Shown here piece after piece: positions 10,815 to 21,649 of a stretch of DNA of 64,000 nt; the first letter of the stretch is position 1; each line of letters begins with the position of its first letter. The stretch is from an uncultured delta proteobacterium (GTDB taxonomy: Bacteria > Desulfobacterota > Binatia > UBA9968), in the NCBI GenBank assembly GCA_963847445.1, contig CAWJZV010000046.1, forward strand, positions 160,001 to 224,000. Reading direction: 5' to 3'. Under the pieces are notes generated by a model, which did no database searches, was not told the DNA's origin, and saw nothing but the letters and a program-made list of their open reading frames with translations. The translations under genes were made by a program, and so were the position numbers.

Positions 10815-12245
10815 TTAACCGCTACCGTGTTTCTTGCCTTCCATCAAGGCTTTTAATTTCTTGCCAAAGTCGGCGTTGTCGTAATAGCCTTTAAAGCGCT
10901 CGGCGCCGACTCCAAGCGCCGCGACTAAAACCGGATGATTGGAATGGGCGGTGTTCTGCCAATAGATCTGTGTGTTGTTCGCGACCATCATGCCCAGGGC
11001 GTTGGCGACCGGTTCGGCAAAAATCGTTCGCGACATGAATTGGCTGTTGACGATCTTTTCTCTAAATTCCGGCGCCAGGGTAAACCCTGGGAAGTGTTCG
11101 GCCATGAGTTTGTCGACGGCTTCGCCTTGGGGTTGGTGCCGAGCAGTTTGGTGGCCTTTTGTAACGAGATGTCTTATCCCTTGCAGTTTTCTTGAAGTCG
11201 TCGAGCTTCCCGCGACTTGGTTGCTGCCTTTGCTGCTCGACATATCTTTCAAGGCCAGAGTCATGCCGAGGCCGCCGGATTCATGGTCGGAGGCGACGAT
11301 GATCAGAGTCTCACGCGGATATTTGCGATAAAATTCATAGGCCAAGCCCACCGCACGGTCGAATTCTCGGTAATCGTGAATCACCGCGGCGATGTCGTTG
11401 GCATGGGAGGCGCGGTCGATATTCTCCGATTCGATGAAGGCGAAAAAGCCGCGTGGGTTTTGGTTATGGAGCAGGCGAATTGTCGCCTGAGTCAGATCGT
11501 AGATTGAAGGTTCATTTGCCTTTGTCGCGATCGATCTCGAAGCTCATTTCGAGAAGATCGAACAGTCCCAACACCTTGCCGCTGCCGGCGCGTTGCAGTT
11601 GCGGCTAAATTGGTCACCGACTGATAACCGAGCTTGGTGAATTCGGCGATCATGTCGGTGTCATCGGTGCGTTGGCTGCCGGGTTGGCCCTTGGGCAGAA
11701 ATTGATCCAGTACCACCGCCCAGTAGAACGTCCGGCGCCATTTCCAAGTAGCGCCGCAATATCGCCGGGTAGTCTTTGCGGTTCGGCACATGGCAGACAA
11801 ACGCCGCCGGGCTGGCGTCGTAGATCGTCGAATTGGTGGCCAAGCCCAAGCTTCATGCCACGCCGGCGCGCGATCTCCATGGCGCTCACCGCGATCGTGC
11901 CGTCGGCGCAGACTCCAAGTGCGCCGATCTTGGCTTTGCAGCCGTTGGCCATGGCGGTCGCAGCTGCCGCCGAATCGGTCGACAGCGAGTTAGCGGCGTG
12001 GGTGGTCATCACGCCGACGATACCTTCCTTCATGATCTTGTCGACGATGACCATGCCTTCGTTGTGGATGTACTGGCGGTATTGGCGGGCGATTTCCAGG
12101 TGCGTCAGCGCCGCCGCCGTCGGCGAGGAACAAAAAAACGTATTTCGGCGCGCCGTTGGCGATGCGGCTGGTTTGGCTCAGTGCGGTCGAGGAAACTAAC
12201 TAGAGTGAAGGTGATGGCTATGAGGCTTAAGAGCAGTTTTCTCAC
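10815..12245 (-). CDS. Alkaline phosphatase (frameshifted)
   Basis: Pieces carry TDSAAAATAMANG (Ser nucleophile), IDRASHAND and IVASDHESGG, with a signal-like N-terminus. Confidence 0.85.
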
Positions 12246-12271
12246 GAGGTACTCTCCGATCTGCTTCAGTG

Positions 12272-12984
12272 CTAAATTGACGAGCCATCTTGGGCCAGGA
12301 TACGGCGCAGCTCAAGCCACAGCGACAGCATCGTATAGTAGGCGGGAAATATTAACGAGGCAAGTAAAAGCCACCGCGGCGGGGCTGGCAATCGGTAGAT
12401 GAGATAAAGAACCGCGGCGCCCCAGAGCGCGCCTAAGATATTTGTCGAGTAGCGAAAGCGCGGCGCGCGGCTGGGATAGATAAAGCGCATTGGCACGAAG
12501 ACCAAGATCGACAAGATGATAATCAAAAAGGCGTTGATCCAGAGTGCGGTCTTGAGCGTATAAAAATAAAAAAACACTGATGTTCCAGTAAGACGGGAAG
12601 CCGAGAAAGAAATGATCGGCGGTCTTGGCATCCCGTTGGCAGAAGCCATAGGCGCTCGACAGCACCGGCAGCGCGGCGAGCCAAAGCGCGTCTTGCGACG
12701 GCAGCAGGTTGGCGCGCAGCAACAACAGGCAGGGCACGATTACATAGTTCAGATAGTCGACGAGGTTGTCGAGCAGGGCGCCGTCGAACCAGGGTATGAC
12801 TTCTTTTACCCGTGCCGCCCGCGCCAGGGCGCCGTCGGTGGCGTCGATGATGACGGTGACCGGCCATCAGGAAAAAGGCCAAACGAAAGTTCGACTCGTC
12901 GATGGCGAGAATTGTGTAAAGACCGACAACCGCGCCCAGGGCGGTATAAAGGTGAACCAGCCAGGCGAAGATCAGGTTCGCCAT
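12272..12984 (-). CDS. Phosphatidylcholine synthase-like CDP-alcohol phosphatidyltransferase (frameshifted)
   Basis: AWLVHLYTALG, DATDGALARAARVKEV...LLDNLVDYLNY, KTADHFFLGFPSYWN and FIYPSR resemble Pcs. Confidence 0.8.
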
Positions 12985-13072
12985 GGCAACTCTAGGACTT
13001 GGGAAAGACTGCGGTATCGAAGATGGTGTGCGGCCATCTTCAATGCTCCATGGTTGAATCTCGGCTCGCGAG

Positions 13073-13682
13073 CTATTGCGCCGAAGCGGCAAAACTTGGA
13101 CGGGCCTTCAAGACGGGCGATCCAGGCGACGGTGTTCTTATACTTGACCGGATCCACCGGAATGCCGAAGCGGTCGAGCAGTTCGAGGTTAGCCATGAAA
13201 GCTACGTCCGCCAAGCTGAACGCGCCGGCGAGATAGTCCTTGCCTTTAAGCTCGGCTTCGGTGCGATCGAAGGCTTTGGTGATCTCGGCTTTGGCATTGT
13301 CGACGCGCTGCGCATCGCGCTCGGCTTCGGGCTTTCGGCTTTCCTGGATGATATGAACGAAATGCGGATTGAAATGGGAGTCGCGAAAGTCTTCCATCAT
13401 GCGCGCTCGCGCCCGACCTTCCGAATCCCTCGGCATCAGCGTTGGGTAGGGATATTCGTCTTCGAGATATTCGTTGATGATGGTCGAATCGTAAACTACG
13501 AAACCTTCGTCATCTAGGGCTGGGATTTGACCGAAAGGATGAACTTTGAGGTAGTCTGGATTCTTTTGTTCCCTTTTGCTGAGGTCGACGTTGATCCGCT
13601 CGAACTCGAGGCCCTTCTCTAGCAGTGCAATTCGAACCTTGCGCGAGTTGGTCGATGGCGGAAACGTATAGAGCTTGATCAT
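13073..13682 (-). CDS. Glutathione S-transferase family protein
   Basis: NSRKVRIALLEKG, HPFGQIPAL, DSTIINEYL and YLAGAFSLADV; indel near the C-terminus. Confidence 0.92.
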
Positions 13683-13822
13683 TGACGGCAACCTCCTTAA
13701 CCCTTCACAACAAGCGGTATATTAGCACAACGTTGTAATAAGTGGAGCATTTTTTTCATTTCTCGTGCAAAAATTACAACTTATTTTCGCGCTAATCGGC
13801 ATCGTGCTTTGCACAGACGACG

Positions 13823-15690
13823 TTAGCGACGGGCGCCTAGTGTCGTCTCGAGAGCGCTGGTGCGATTATTTCTCTGCACCATGATGGTGACTTGATCGGC
13901 GGGTTTATAGGCTCCGAGTATGTCGGTGAGATCCTCAATATTGCTGATTTTTTTATCGGCTAGTTGAATGATTATATCACCTTCGCGTAGACCTGCCGCC
14001 GCGGCTGGGCTGCCAGTCGCGACGCCTGCGAGCAGCACGCCATCGATACTGCGGCTGTATTCGGGAATGATTCCCAGATAAACGCTGCCAACCCGCAGCT
14101 TGCCCGTCTCGGAAGATGGCGGTCGCCCCGGTAGGCTGGCGAAGGCGGGGGATTCCGGCAATGCCGCGATGGCCAGCGCCGAGCCGAGCACGAGGTCGCC
14201 AATTTGCGCCATGCCCGCGTAGTTGAGTTTATCCCAGGTGTCGCCAGGGCGGTGATAGTCGGTATGGCTGCCGGTAAAGAAATGCAGCACGGGAATCTGC
14301 TTGTTGTAAAACGACAGGTGATCGCTGGGGCCGACGCCGTCAGGCTGGTTGGTTTGTAATCCCAGCTGCTTGGCGCCGGCGCCGACGATGGCGTCAAATG
14401 GCGGCGACGAGCGCGTGCCGAATACGGTGACGCGGTCTTCGCGCAGCCGGCCGACCATGTCCAAGTTGATCATGGATTTGATTGCACCGATCTGCGGCCA
14501 CTTGCCAACAAAGTGGCGCGAGCCGTGCAGCCCCAATTCCTCGGCGGAAAAAGCCACGAAGACGACGGCGCGCGCCGGCTTGGGCTCGATCTGGCTTAGC
14601 CGGCGCGCCAACTGGAGCAGCACCGCTGTGCCGGAAGCGTTATCGTCGGCGCCATGATGGATCATGCCGGAGGCACTCTGATCGCGCGCGCCATAGTGGC
14701 CGAGGCCCAAGTGATCGTAATGGGCGCCGATGACGATATATTCGTTGTGAACTTTCGGGTCTTTGCCGGGAAGTATCGCGACGACATTTTCGGCGCGCTG
14801 GCGCTCCTCTTCGAGGCTTACCTGCACCGAGAGTTTAGTTCCCGGCATGACCAGCGAAGCCGGCCGCTCTTCACGGTCGATTTTTTCTTTCAGATCTTTG
14901 ACCGATACTCCCTGAGCCGCGAACCACTTCTCAGCGACTTGCCGTTTGATTTGTGCCGCCACCAGGCTGTTGCCGCTGCGCCACAGGCTGCTGCGCATCG
15001 ACATTAGCTCGGTTTTCGCGTCGGCCCGGTTGTCCATATCAATGAGGATCATGCCGACGGCGCCATGTTCGCGGGCGTTGTTGGCCTTGGTGCGGAGCGC
15101 GGCGTGGGTCGAGAAGTCGGGAGATTTTCTAAATGGGCTTTGATTATTTTTGGGCGGCGGCTCGTAGCGCAGCACGACGACGATCTTGCCCTTTACATCG
15201 ATGCCGGCGTAATCATCGTAGCCGTAGTCTTGTGCGGTAATGCCGTAGCCGGCGAAGACCGCTTCGCCTTCGATCTTACCTGATGACGAAAGGCCGAGGG
15301 GCAGCCAATCCTCGTGCAACCGCACTGGCTCTCGGCCAAGAACCAAGCTGCTAGGCTCTTTCACCTGCACGCCAACCGCGACCTCGAAGCTTTGCAGATA
15401 ACTGTTGTTGTCGCCACCGGGAAGCAGACCGTATTTGGCAAATTCCGCCGCGATGTAATCCCGCGCTGCCGCGATGCCCGGTGTGCCAACGCCGCGGCCG
15501 CTACGTTCCGGTGCCGCCAAAAACTTGGCATGTGCCGACAACTCGTCCGCCGCCGTTGGTTCCTGCGCCTGACAGCAGCCAGGGGCGCGGTGGCGAGGCT
15601 GACAAGCGCTGAAAAGACTGCGGCGATGGCGATGTTGACCGCGCGGCGGTGGGATCGGGACTGGCGAAGGAGACGCATAAGCCAATTCAA
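13823..15690 (-). CDS. M28 family peptidase with PA and PDZ domains, exported
   Basis: IGAHYDHLG, GADDNASG, FSAEELGL, NLDMVG, SDH and YHRPGD, plus a C-terminal PDZ (YLGIIP...SPAAAAGLREGD). The signal peptide lies in the neighbouring frame. Confidence 0.92.
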
Positions 15691-15742
15691 GCTAGCATGT
15701 TTGCGGCGCGCTTGTCGCCAGTCTGGTCTCGAATTAAGACTT

Positions 15743-15771
15743 TTGCGGCGGCAAATCTGAAGTGTTATAAA
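15743..15771 (+). promoter_or_regulatory. Putative sigma70 promoter of the glutaredoxin gene
   Basis: TTGCGG-N17-TATAAA with an extended -10 TG. Confidence 0.5.
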
Positions 15772-15803
15772 AGTATCTATCTATTGTGTAGAGGAGATTG
15801 AAG

Positions 15804-16037
15804 ATGGCGACTTCCGTAGTTGTTTATACCCAGCCTGGCTGAGGCCCCTGTCACAAAGAGGTAGAGTTTCTATCTCAAAAGGGCGTTCAATTCGTCGAGA
15901 AAAATGTTCGCGCCGACAAGGCAGCGATGAAGGAACTGATCGATCAAGGATTTCAAAGCACGCCGGTGACGATTATCGACGGCCAGTCGGTGGTCGGCTT
16001 TGATCAATTGAAGATCATGGAGCTGCTCGGATTGTAA
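15804..16037 (+). CDS. NrdH/glutaredoxin-like selenoprotein (UxxC), absent from the ORF track
   Basis: RBS GAGGAG. Manual translation MATSVVVYTQPG-U(TGA 15840-15842)-GPCHKEVEFLSQKGVQFVEKNV...STPVTIIDGQSVVGFDQLKIMELLGL*, 77 aa. Confidence 0.88.
15844..15884 (+). promoter_or_regulatory. Putative bacterial SECIS element
   Basis: Hairpin GAGGTAGA-GTT-TCTATCTC (15858-15876) with a G-leading loop about 23 nt after the UGA, plus a lower stem GCCC/GGGC. Confidence 0.7.
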
Positions 16038-16142
16038 TTACTCAGTCCAATCGGATGGCCGCGCGAATTTGGCCGGGTTAGTCGCGACATGTCGATGCCG
16101 TGTGAATAGTTAGCATTCCAGCGAAAATGTCGAAATTCTATT

Positions 16143-16841
16143 TTACCTGCGACTTCCAGCCGGAAGAGCTGAGCATTTTGCCGGTGACATGTCTTCGCTT
16201 CGTCTGACGCCAAGTAGACGAATACATCGGTTACCGATTCCGGTTTGCTGCCGTTGAAACCGGTGAGTTTGGTCGCCACGTAGCCGGGCTCCACGGAATT
16301 GACCCGAATATTCGACGACGCGCACTTCGGCGGCCAGGGTTTGCGAGAAGCCTTCCAGTCCCCATTTCGAGGTCGCGTAGGCGAGAAAGTTGGCGTAGGC
16401 GCCGCGGCCGATCATCGACGAGACGTTGATGATCGAGCCGCTCTTTTGTTGCATCATGATCGGCAGCACCGCTTGGGTGATCAGAAACGGCCCGCGCAGA
16501 TTGACCGCGATGGTGTAGTCCCATTTTTTTACGTCGAGCTCGATCATCGGCGCCGGCCGGGTCATGACCCCGGCGTTATTGACCAGCACGTCGATGCGGC
16601 CGAACTTCTTGTGCGCCTTGGCGACGAAATCTTTGACCGGCTCTTCCAGCGAGACATCGCAGCTCCAGCCTTCGGCGTCGACGTTCATGGCGCGTAATTC
16701 TTTGACGGTTTGATCGAGCTCGGCGCCGGTGCGCGCGCACAGCGCGAGTTTGGCGCCCTCGCGGCCGTAGTGCATGGCGATGGCTTTGCCGATGCCGCGG
16801 CCGCCGCCGGTGATCAGCGCGACTTTGTCTTTGAGTTTCAT
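16143..16841 (-). CDS. Short-chain dehydrogenase/reductase (frameshifted near C-terminus)
   Basis: TGGGRGIG, NNAG and YATSK. Confidence 0.9.
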   Translation of the reverse strand: MKLKDKVALITGGGRGIGKAIAMHYGREGAKLALCARTGAELDQTVKELRAMNVDAEGWSCDVSLEEPVKDFVAKAHKKFGRIDVLVNNAGVMTRPAPMIELDVKKWDYTIAVNLRGPFLITQAVLPIMMQQKSGSIINVSSMIGRGAYANFLAYATSKWGLEGFSQTLAAEVRVVEYSGQFRGARLRGDQTHRFQRQQTGIGNRCIRLLGVRRSEDMSPAKCSALPAGSRR

Positions 16842-16956
16842 TGCGGAGCCTCGGAGCAATGGAAAATCAGAATCTACATTGAAAAAATATGGAAGCCAAC
16901 CATTTTACGCTTGAGCAATTGGCCGGGAGGCGATAGGAAGAGAGCCGCGTAGGGAG

Positions 16957-17844
16957 GTGCGAATCATGGACGTTCTCAGTATCACCGGTTACAACCGCAG
17001 GCCGCCGCAATTGGTGGCGGAGTACAAAGGATTTTTTGCCAAGGAGAAGCTCGAAGTGCGCTTCCACGAGACCACCTACGCGCCGGACCACAACCAAGGC
17101 ATGGCGGAAGGGAAGTGGGATTTTACCCTCAGCAGCGCCGACACGATGATCGCGCGCACGACCACCGACGGTGTCGACTACATGCTGTTCATGCAAGCCG
17201 AAGAAGGACTGAGCGCCTATCTCATCGGCCAGCCAGGCTACGATTCTCTCGATAAACTGCGCGGCAAGCTGCTCGCCGGCGATCCGGGCGACTCGAATCT
17301 CGATCTGATCCGTAAGAAAATTCTCCGCAAGCATGGCATCGACGACACCGAGTACGATATCGAAATCATCGGCAGCTCGCCGGTGCGCTTGGAGGCGTTT
17401 CTTCAACGCCGGGTGGTTGCGGCTATGCTGACGCCGCCGGCTTCCGATAAAGCGTTGGCCGCCGGTGGGGTTCTACTCGCCAGCGGTGACGATTATGTTC
17501 CAGGATGGCCGCTTACCTGCGGCTGGACGCTGCGGCCGTGGTTGTTGGAGCATCGCGCGCTAGTCGTGCGCTTCATTCGCGCCTGGGCGGCGGCGACGGA
17601 TTGGTTGTTGCAACCCGAACATCGCGAAGAAACCTTGCAGTTGTCGATGGACCACGAAAAGCTCAATCGGGCAGCCGCCGAAATCGCCTATTCCAAAATC
17701 GTCCCCAGGGCGCGGATCAATCCGGCGGCGATCCAAACTGTTATCGAGCTGCGCAAAGAGATGGGCGTCTACAAGCCGCCGTTCGATCCGCCGGCGCGCT
17801 TTTACGACGATAGCTATTGGCGTGAGGCGACGGGAACGCGTTAG
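16957..17844 (+). CDS. NMT1/SsuA-like substrate-binding protein
   Basis: AEYKGFFAKEKLEV, RLEAFLQRRVVAAMLTPP and VVRFIRAW; no signal peptide evident. Confidence 0.8.
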   Translation: MRIMDVLSITGYNRRPPQLVAEYKGFFAKEKLEVRFHETTYAPDHNQGMAEGKWDFTLSSADTMIARTTTDGVDYMLFMQAEEGLSAYLIGQPGYDSLDKLRGKLLAGDPGDSNLDLIRKKILRKHGIDDTEYDIEIIGSSPVRLEAFLQRRVVAAMLTPPASDKALAAGGVLLASGDDYVPGWPLTCGWTLRPWLLEHRALVVRFIRAWAAATDWLLQPEHREETLQLSMDHEKLNRAAAEIAYSKIVPRARINPAAIQTVIELRKEMGVYKPPFDPPARFYDDSYWREATGTR

Positions 17845-17884
17845 CGGCGCGAAGCTAACGCGGGCAGTCGCAGCCGAAGTTCGA

Positions 17885-17998
17885 AATATCTCCCGCGAAG
17901 GCGCCAAGGCCGCAAAGTTCGGAAAACAACGTGAAAATCATTCATAAGAAATTGGCTTCCCTCCGAACCTTGGCGTCTTTGCGACCTTCGCGAGAGGA
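17885..17998. repeat. Palindromic intergenic repeat (CGCxAAG arms)
   Basis: TCTCCCGCGAAGGCGCCAAGGCCGCAAAGTTCGGA ... TCCGAACCTTGGCGTCTTTGCGACCTTCGCGAGAGGA; the left arm recurs at ~47357. Confidence 0.75.
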
Positions 17999-18040
17999 AT
18001 ATCCGGATGCGAGAATTTATCGCGCCTGCCGATAACGCAT

Positions 18041-18379
18041 CTAGGTCAACAGCGAGCGCAGAATCATGCCGACGATGCTCATGACGATGGCGCCGAAGAA
18101 CGCCGACCAAAAGCCGGCGACGGCAAAGCCTGGGACCAGGTAGGCGGCGAACATGAGCATGAGAGCATTGATGACCAACAGAAAAACTCCTAGTGACAGG
18201 ATCGTTATCGGCAAGGTTAAGATCTTAAGGATAAAGCCGACGGTGGCGTTGACCAGGCCGATGACCAGCGGCGCGATCAACGCCGGGCCGAGGCCGTCGA
18301 TGTGGATTCCCGGGATCAGATACGCTACGACGAATAAGCTGATGGCGCTGATCGCCCAATGCACTAGTAAGTTCCACAT
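18041..18379 (-). CDS. YvlD-like 4-TM membrane protein ('phage holin family')
   Basis: LVNATVGFILKILTLPITILSLGVFLLVINALML...GFWSAFFGAIV. Confidence 0.88.
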   Translation of the reverse strand: MWNLLVHWAISAISLFVVAYLIPGIHIDGLGPALIAPLVIGLVNATVGFILKILTLPITILSLGVFLLVINALMLMFAAYLVPGFAVAGFWSAFFGAIVMSIVGMILRSLLT

Positions 18380-18504
18380 AGTGTCTCCATGTGAGAAGGC
18401 ATAGCAAAGCGCAGGTTATTTCTCAATGAAGGGTTTGCGATTCGCTCTTGCGGGCGACCCTCGACAATGTAAAATGGTCGTACTCTAAAGTTGCATAAGG
18501 AGGC

Positions 18505-19534
18505 ATGAAAGCCATGTCAAAGCAGGAACTCGAAAGCGTCGCTCAAGCGATGGTCGCAAAAGGCAAGGGCATCCTCGCCGCCGACGAGAGCATGGGCACG
18601 ATCAAGAGACGGTTCGATAGCATCAAGATCGACTCCAACGAGAACAACCGCCGGGCTTACCGTGAGATGCTTTTCACCACCAAGGGTCTTGAGGAAGCGG
18701 TCAGCGGCGTAATCCTATTCGACGAAACTCTGCGCACCGCGGCCAGCGACGGCACGCAGTTTTCCCAGAGTTCTGTCGAAGAAGGGCATCATGCCGGGCA
18801 TCAAGGTCGACAAAGGGCCGGTGGACATTCCCGGTTTTCCCGGCGAGACCGTCACCGAGGGGCTCGACGGCCTGCGCGCCCGGGTGAAAGAGTATCGTGA
18901 GTTGGGCGCCAAGTTCGCCAAGTGGCGCGCCGTGATTACCATCGGCGACGGTATTCCCACCTACACTTGCTTGCAGGCCAATGCACACGCGCTGGCGCGT
19001 TATGCGGCACTGTGCCAGGAAGGCGGCATCGTGCCGATCGTCGAGCCGGAAGTGTTGCTCGACGGCGGCCATACCATCGAGCGCTGCGAGGAAGTGACCC
19101 AGGAGACTTTGCGCATCACCTTCTCGGCGCTGTTGGAACAGCGGGTGCATCTCGAAGGCATGATTCTTAAACCGAGCATGGTGGTTTCCGGCAAGGACAA
19201 TGCGCGCCAAGCCGGCGTCGACGAAGTCGCCGAGCGGACGATTCGTTGTTTAAAACGGACCGTTCCCGGCGCCGTGCCGGGCATCGCATTCCTCTCCGGC
19301 GGGCAAAGCGCCGTGAGCGCCACCGAACACTTGAACAAAATGAACCAGCTGGGCCCCCATCCTTGGCAGGTGAGTTTTTCCTACGCCAGGGCGCTGCAAG
19401 ATCCGGCGCTTAAAGCGTGGAAAGGCGAGGCGGGCAACGTCGCCGCGGCGCAGAAGATTTTTTACCATCGCGCCAAGATGAATAGTGCCGCGCGCACTGG
19501 CAGCTACACCAAGAAAATGGAAGATGCAGCTTAG
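18505..19534 (+). CDS. Class I fructose-bisphosphate aldolase (frameshifted)
   Basis: GKGILAADES, PGIKVDKG, FAKWRAV, IVPIVEPEV, Schiff-base ILKPSMV, FLSGGQS and FSYARALQ. Confidence 0.93.
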
Positions 19535-19576
19535 TTCCGATTGACGATTCCCGGTTTAGACCGGTTTCTCTTTAGT

Positions 19577-19625
19577 TCGGTTATCTCGGCGGCGTGTCAC
19601 TCGCGCCGAGATAACCGATTTTTTT
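19577..19625 (+). terminator. Rho-independent terminator
   Basis: TCGGTTATCTCGGCG / CGCCGAGATAACCGA 15-bp stem followed by a T7 tract. Confidence 0.88.
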
Positions 19626-20094
19626 GCCCTCGCCGCGGTGACTGTGCTTGGATACCACCCACCTCACTCGCGCTCACTTACAGCTGCCGAACCCGGGAAG
19701 CTGGATCTCCGGTCCCGCGACATCACCGCAAACAACTGGATGAATTGATTCGGTGGTTTCCTGAGATCCACACGGAAGTGGGCGGTGAACCCGAATGAAG
19801 CCGGTGGATTACGGCAGAATTCCGATGGTTTTCAGTTGAAGGTTTGGGATCTCAGCCGCTCATGCGCAGATTAGAGTTTGGCGGGATTGTAACACGGTAC
19901 TAACCTGACGCCATAAGAATGCCATACCTTCTGTGCGAGACTTAGAGGGATTTCGCTAAGTTACGCTCCCAGAGCCGGGGATTTGTACAGGCATTTTATT
20001 GACCACCGAATACTAAGCGTCTGGTGGGTCGTATAAATTGTCATGATTAGGCTTTGTGGCAAATTTAACGGCCCGAGTAACCAGGAGGAGTACC

Positions 20095-21070
20095 ATGAAA
20101 ACTAATATCTTAGATCGGATCGTGATGGCGATTGTTATCGCTACTCTGGCATCGGCGGGAGTAAGCATCGCCGCGGATGGCGATCGCGGACCGCGGGAAG
20201 AACAACGGCGCGACCAGCGTGTGGCGCAACAGGAAGAAAAACCGCGACAGCAGCAAAAAGCTCTAAGCGCTCAGCAAGAACAGAAACAAGACCAGCAGCA
20301 GCGCGAGCGCGCCGAGCAAAAATCGGTTCAGGAGCAGCAAGAACGGCGCGCGTGGCAACAGCAGCAGCAAGAGCGGGTTGAGCGTCAATCGGAGCTGATG
20401 GAAAAACAACGGCGGGCGCAGCAAGCGCAGCGGCAAGAGCAAATTCAGGAGCAGAGACAACAGCAGCGTTTGTCGCAGCAGCGGCAACAAGAGCTGCATT
20501 CGGCAACAGCAACAACGTGTGGACCAGTACCGTCGACACCTGGAACAGCAGGAGCGCCTCGCACGGGAGCGTGCAGCGCTGCTGGAGCGACAAAAGCGCA
20601 TGGCGCAGTATCGGTTCCAGCAAGAGTATTTAGAGCGTGTCCGTCAGCAGCAAATCTATCTCCGGGACCATCGCTTCGATTACGATCGTGACCCGTACTT
20701 CTACACGGCGCCGATCTATCGGTATAACCGTGGCGGCAGCTACTACGAAATCAACGAATACGGTGCGAAGACGCTACGGCAGGCGGTGAACTATGGCTAT
20801 GAGGAAGGCTTTCGCGCCGGCAGGGCGGACCGGGACGACCGTTGGGGTTCCAACTACGAAGACTCTTATGCCTATCGGGACGCAAACTACGGCTACAGTG
20901 GCTATTACGTAAACCGCGACGACTACAATTATTACTTCCGCGAGGGTTTCCGACGCGGTTATGAAGACGGTTACAACAGTCGATATCGCTATGGTCGCTT
21001 CGCTGATGGAAACCCGTCGATCTTGGAAACCATTTTGACCCAAATCCTCAACTTCCAGTCGATGAGCTGA
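20095..21070 (+). CDS. Exported protein with Gln/Arg/Glu-rich coiled coil and Tyr/Gly/Arg-rich C-terminal domain (one indel ~20500)
   Basis: RBS AGGAGGAG; signal MKTNILDRIVMAIVIATLASAGVSIAA; polyQ-rich stretch; C-terminal RQAVNYGYEEGFRAG...YFREGFRRGYEDGY. Confidence 0.78.
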
Positions 21071-21093
21071 CAAGCGAAAGTCTCACGCTAAAC

Positions 21094-21138
21094 CAGCGCC
21101 CGGCCACTCACCATAAAGGTGAGTGGATCCGGGCGCTG
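21094..21138 (+). terminator. Strong hairpin after the Gln-rich gene
   Basis: CAGCGCCCGG-CCACTCACC-ATAAA-GGTGAGTGG-AT-CCGGGCGCTG; no U tract. Confidence 0.55.
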
Positions 21139-21541
21139 TCCATTGGGGCTACCGCCAGGGTAAATTCGCTACTCCCTGGATTCTGGCTGCCGGCTTGAGG
21201 GCCGGATTGTCCGACCATCTCCGGCCGGCTCAATGTAAATTAGGCTTAAACTACTGACTGAAAGACCGCCAGTCAGATCACTCTGACGATCCGCAGATAC
21301 GCAGGCGCAGGCGCATAGGTGATCAAGTAAGCACTTGAGGGGAGACTGGCGTTTACCTGAGTTAGCACCGGGTTTGACGGACACCGCTGAATGCGTCAAG
21401 CAGCACTGCCTCAGACGTTTGGAAAGCGCAATTGTGAATGGCGCTCCCGGGTTTCCTTATCCCTCCGAGAAACATCAGAATGTCGCCAACGGGTGATCGC
21501 CGGTCGCCATAGCATAACCGCTCAAGAGTGAGCTCAAGCGG

Positions 21542-21570
21542 TTGACCGCCTCCTTGTCATTTCGTATGTT
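21542..21570 (+). promoter_or_regulatory. Putative sigma70 promoter
   Basis: TTGACC-N17-TATGTT upstream of the amidohydrolase; an inverted repeat AACCGCT...AGCGGTT (21516-21543) abuts the -35. Confidence 0.45.
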
Positions 21571-21649
21571 ACGCGGAGTGACATGCTATTACTGGCAAGC
21601 AGCGAATTGACAAGAACCCTTAACTTTCCAACTTAAGAGGAGGTTTCTC

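Noticed and set aside
18041-18379. Prophage suggested by a 'phage holin family' gene
   Set aside because: YvlD-like proteins are common chromosomal genes, and there is no endolysin, structural gene or integrase nearby.
19630-20050. ORF 19541-19798 or a possible ncRNA after the aldolase
   Set aside because: The ORF runs through the terminator and has no motif, and I could not support any recognisable RNA structure.
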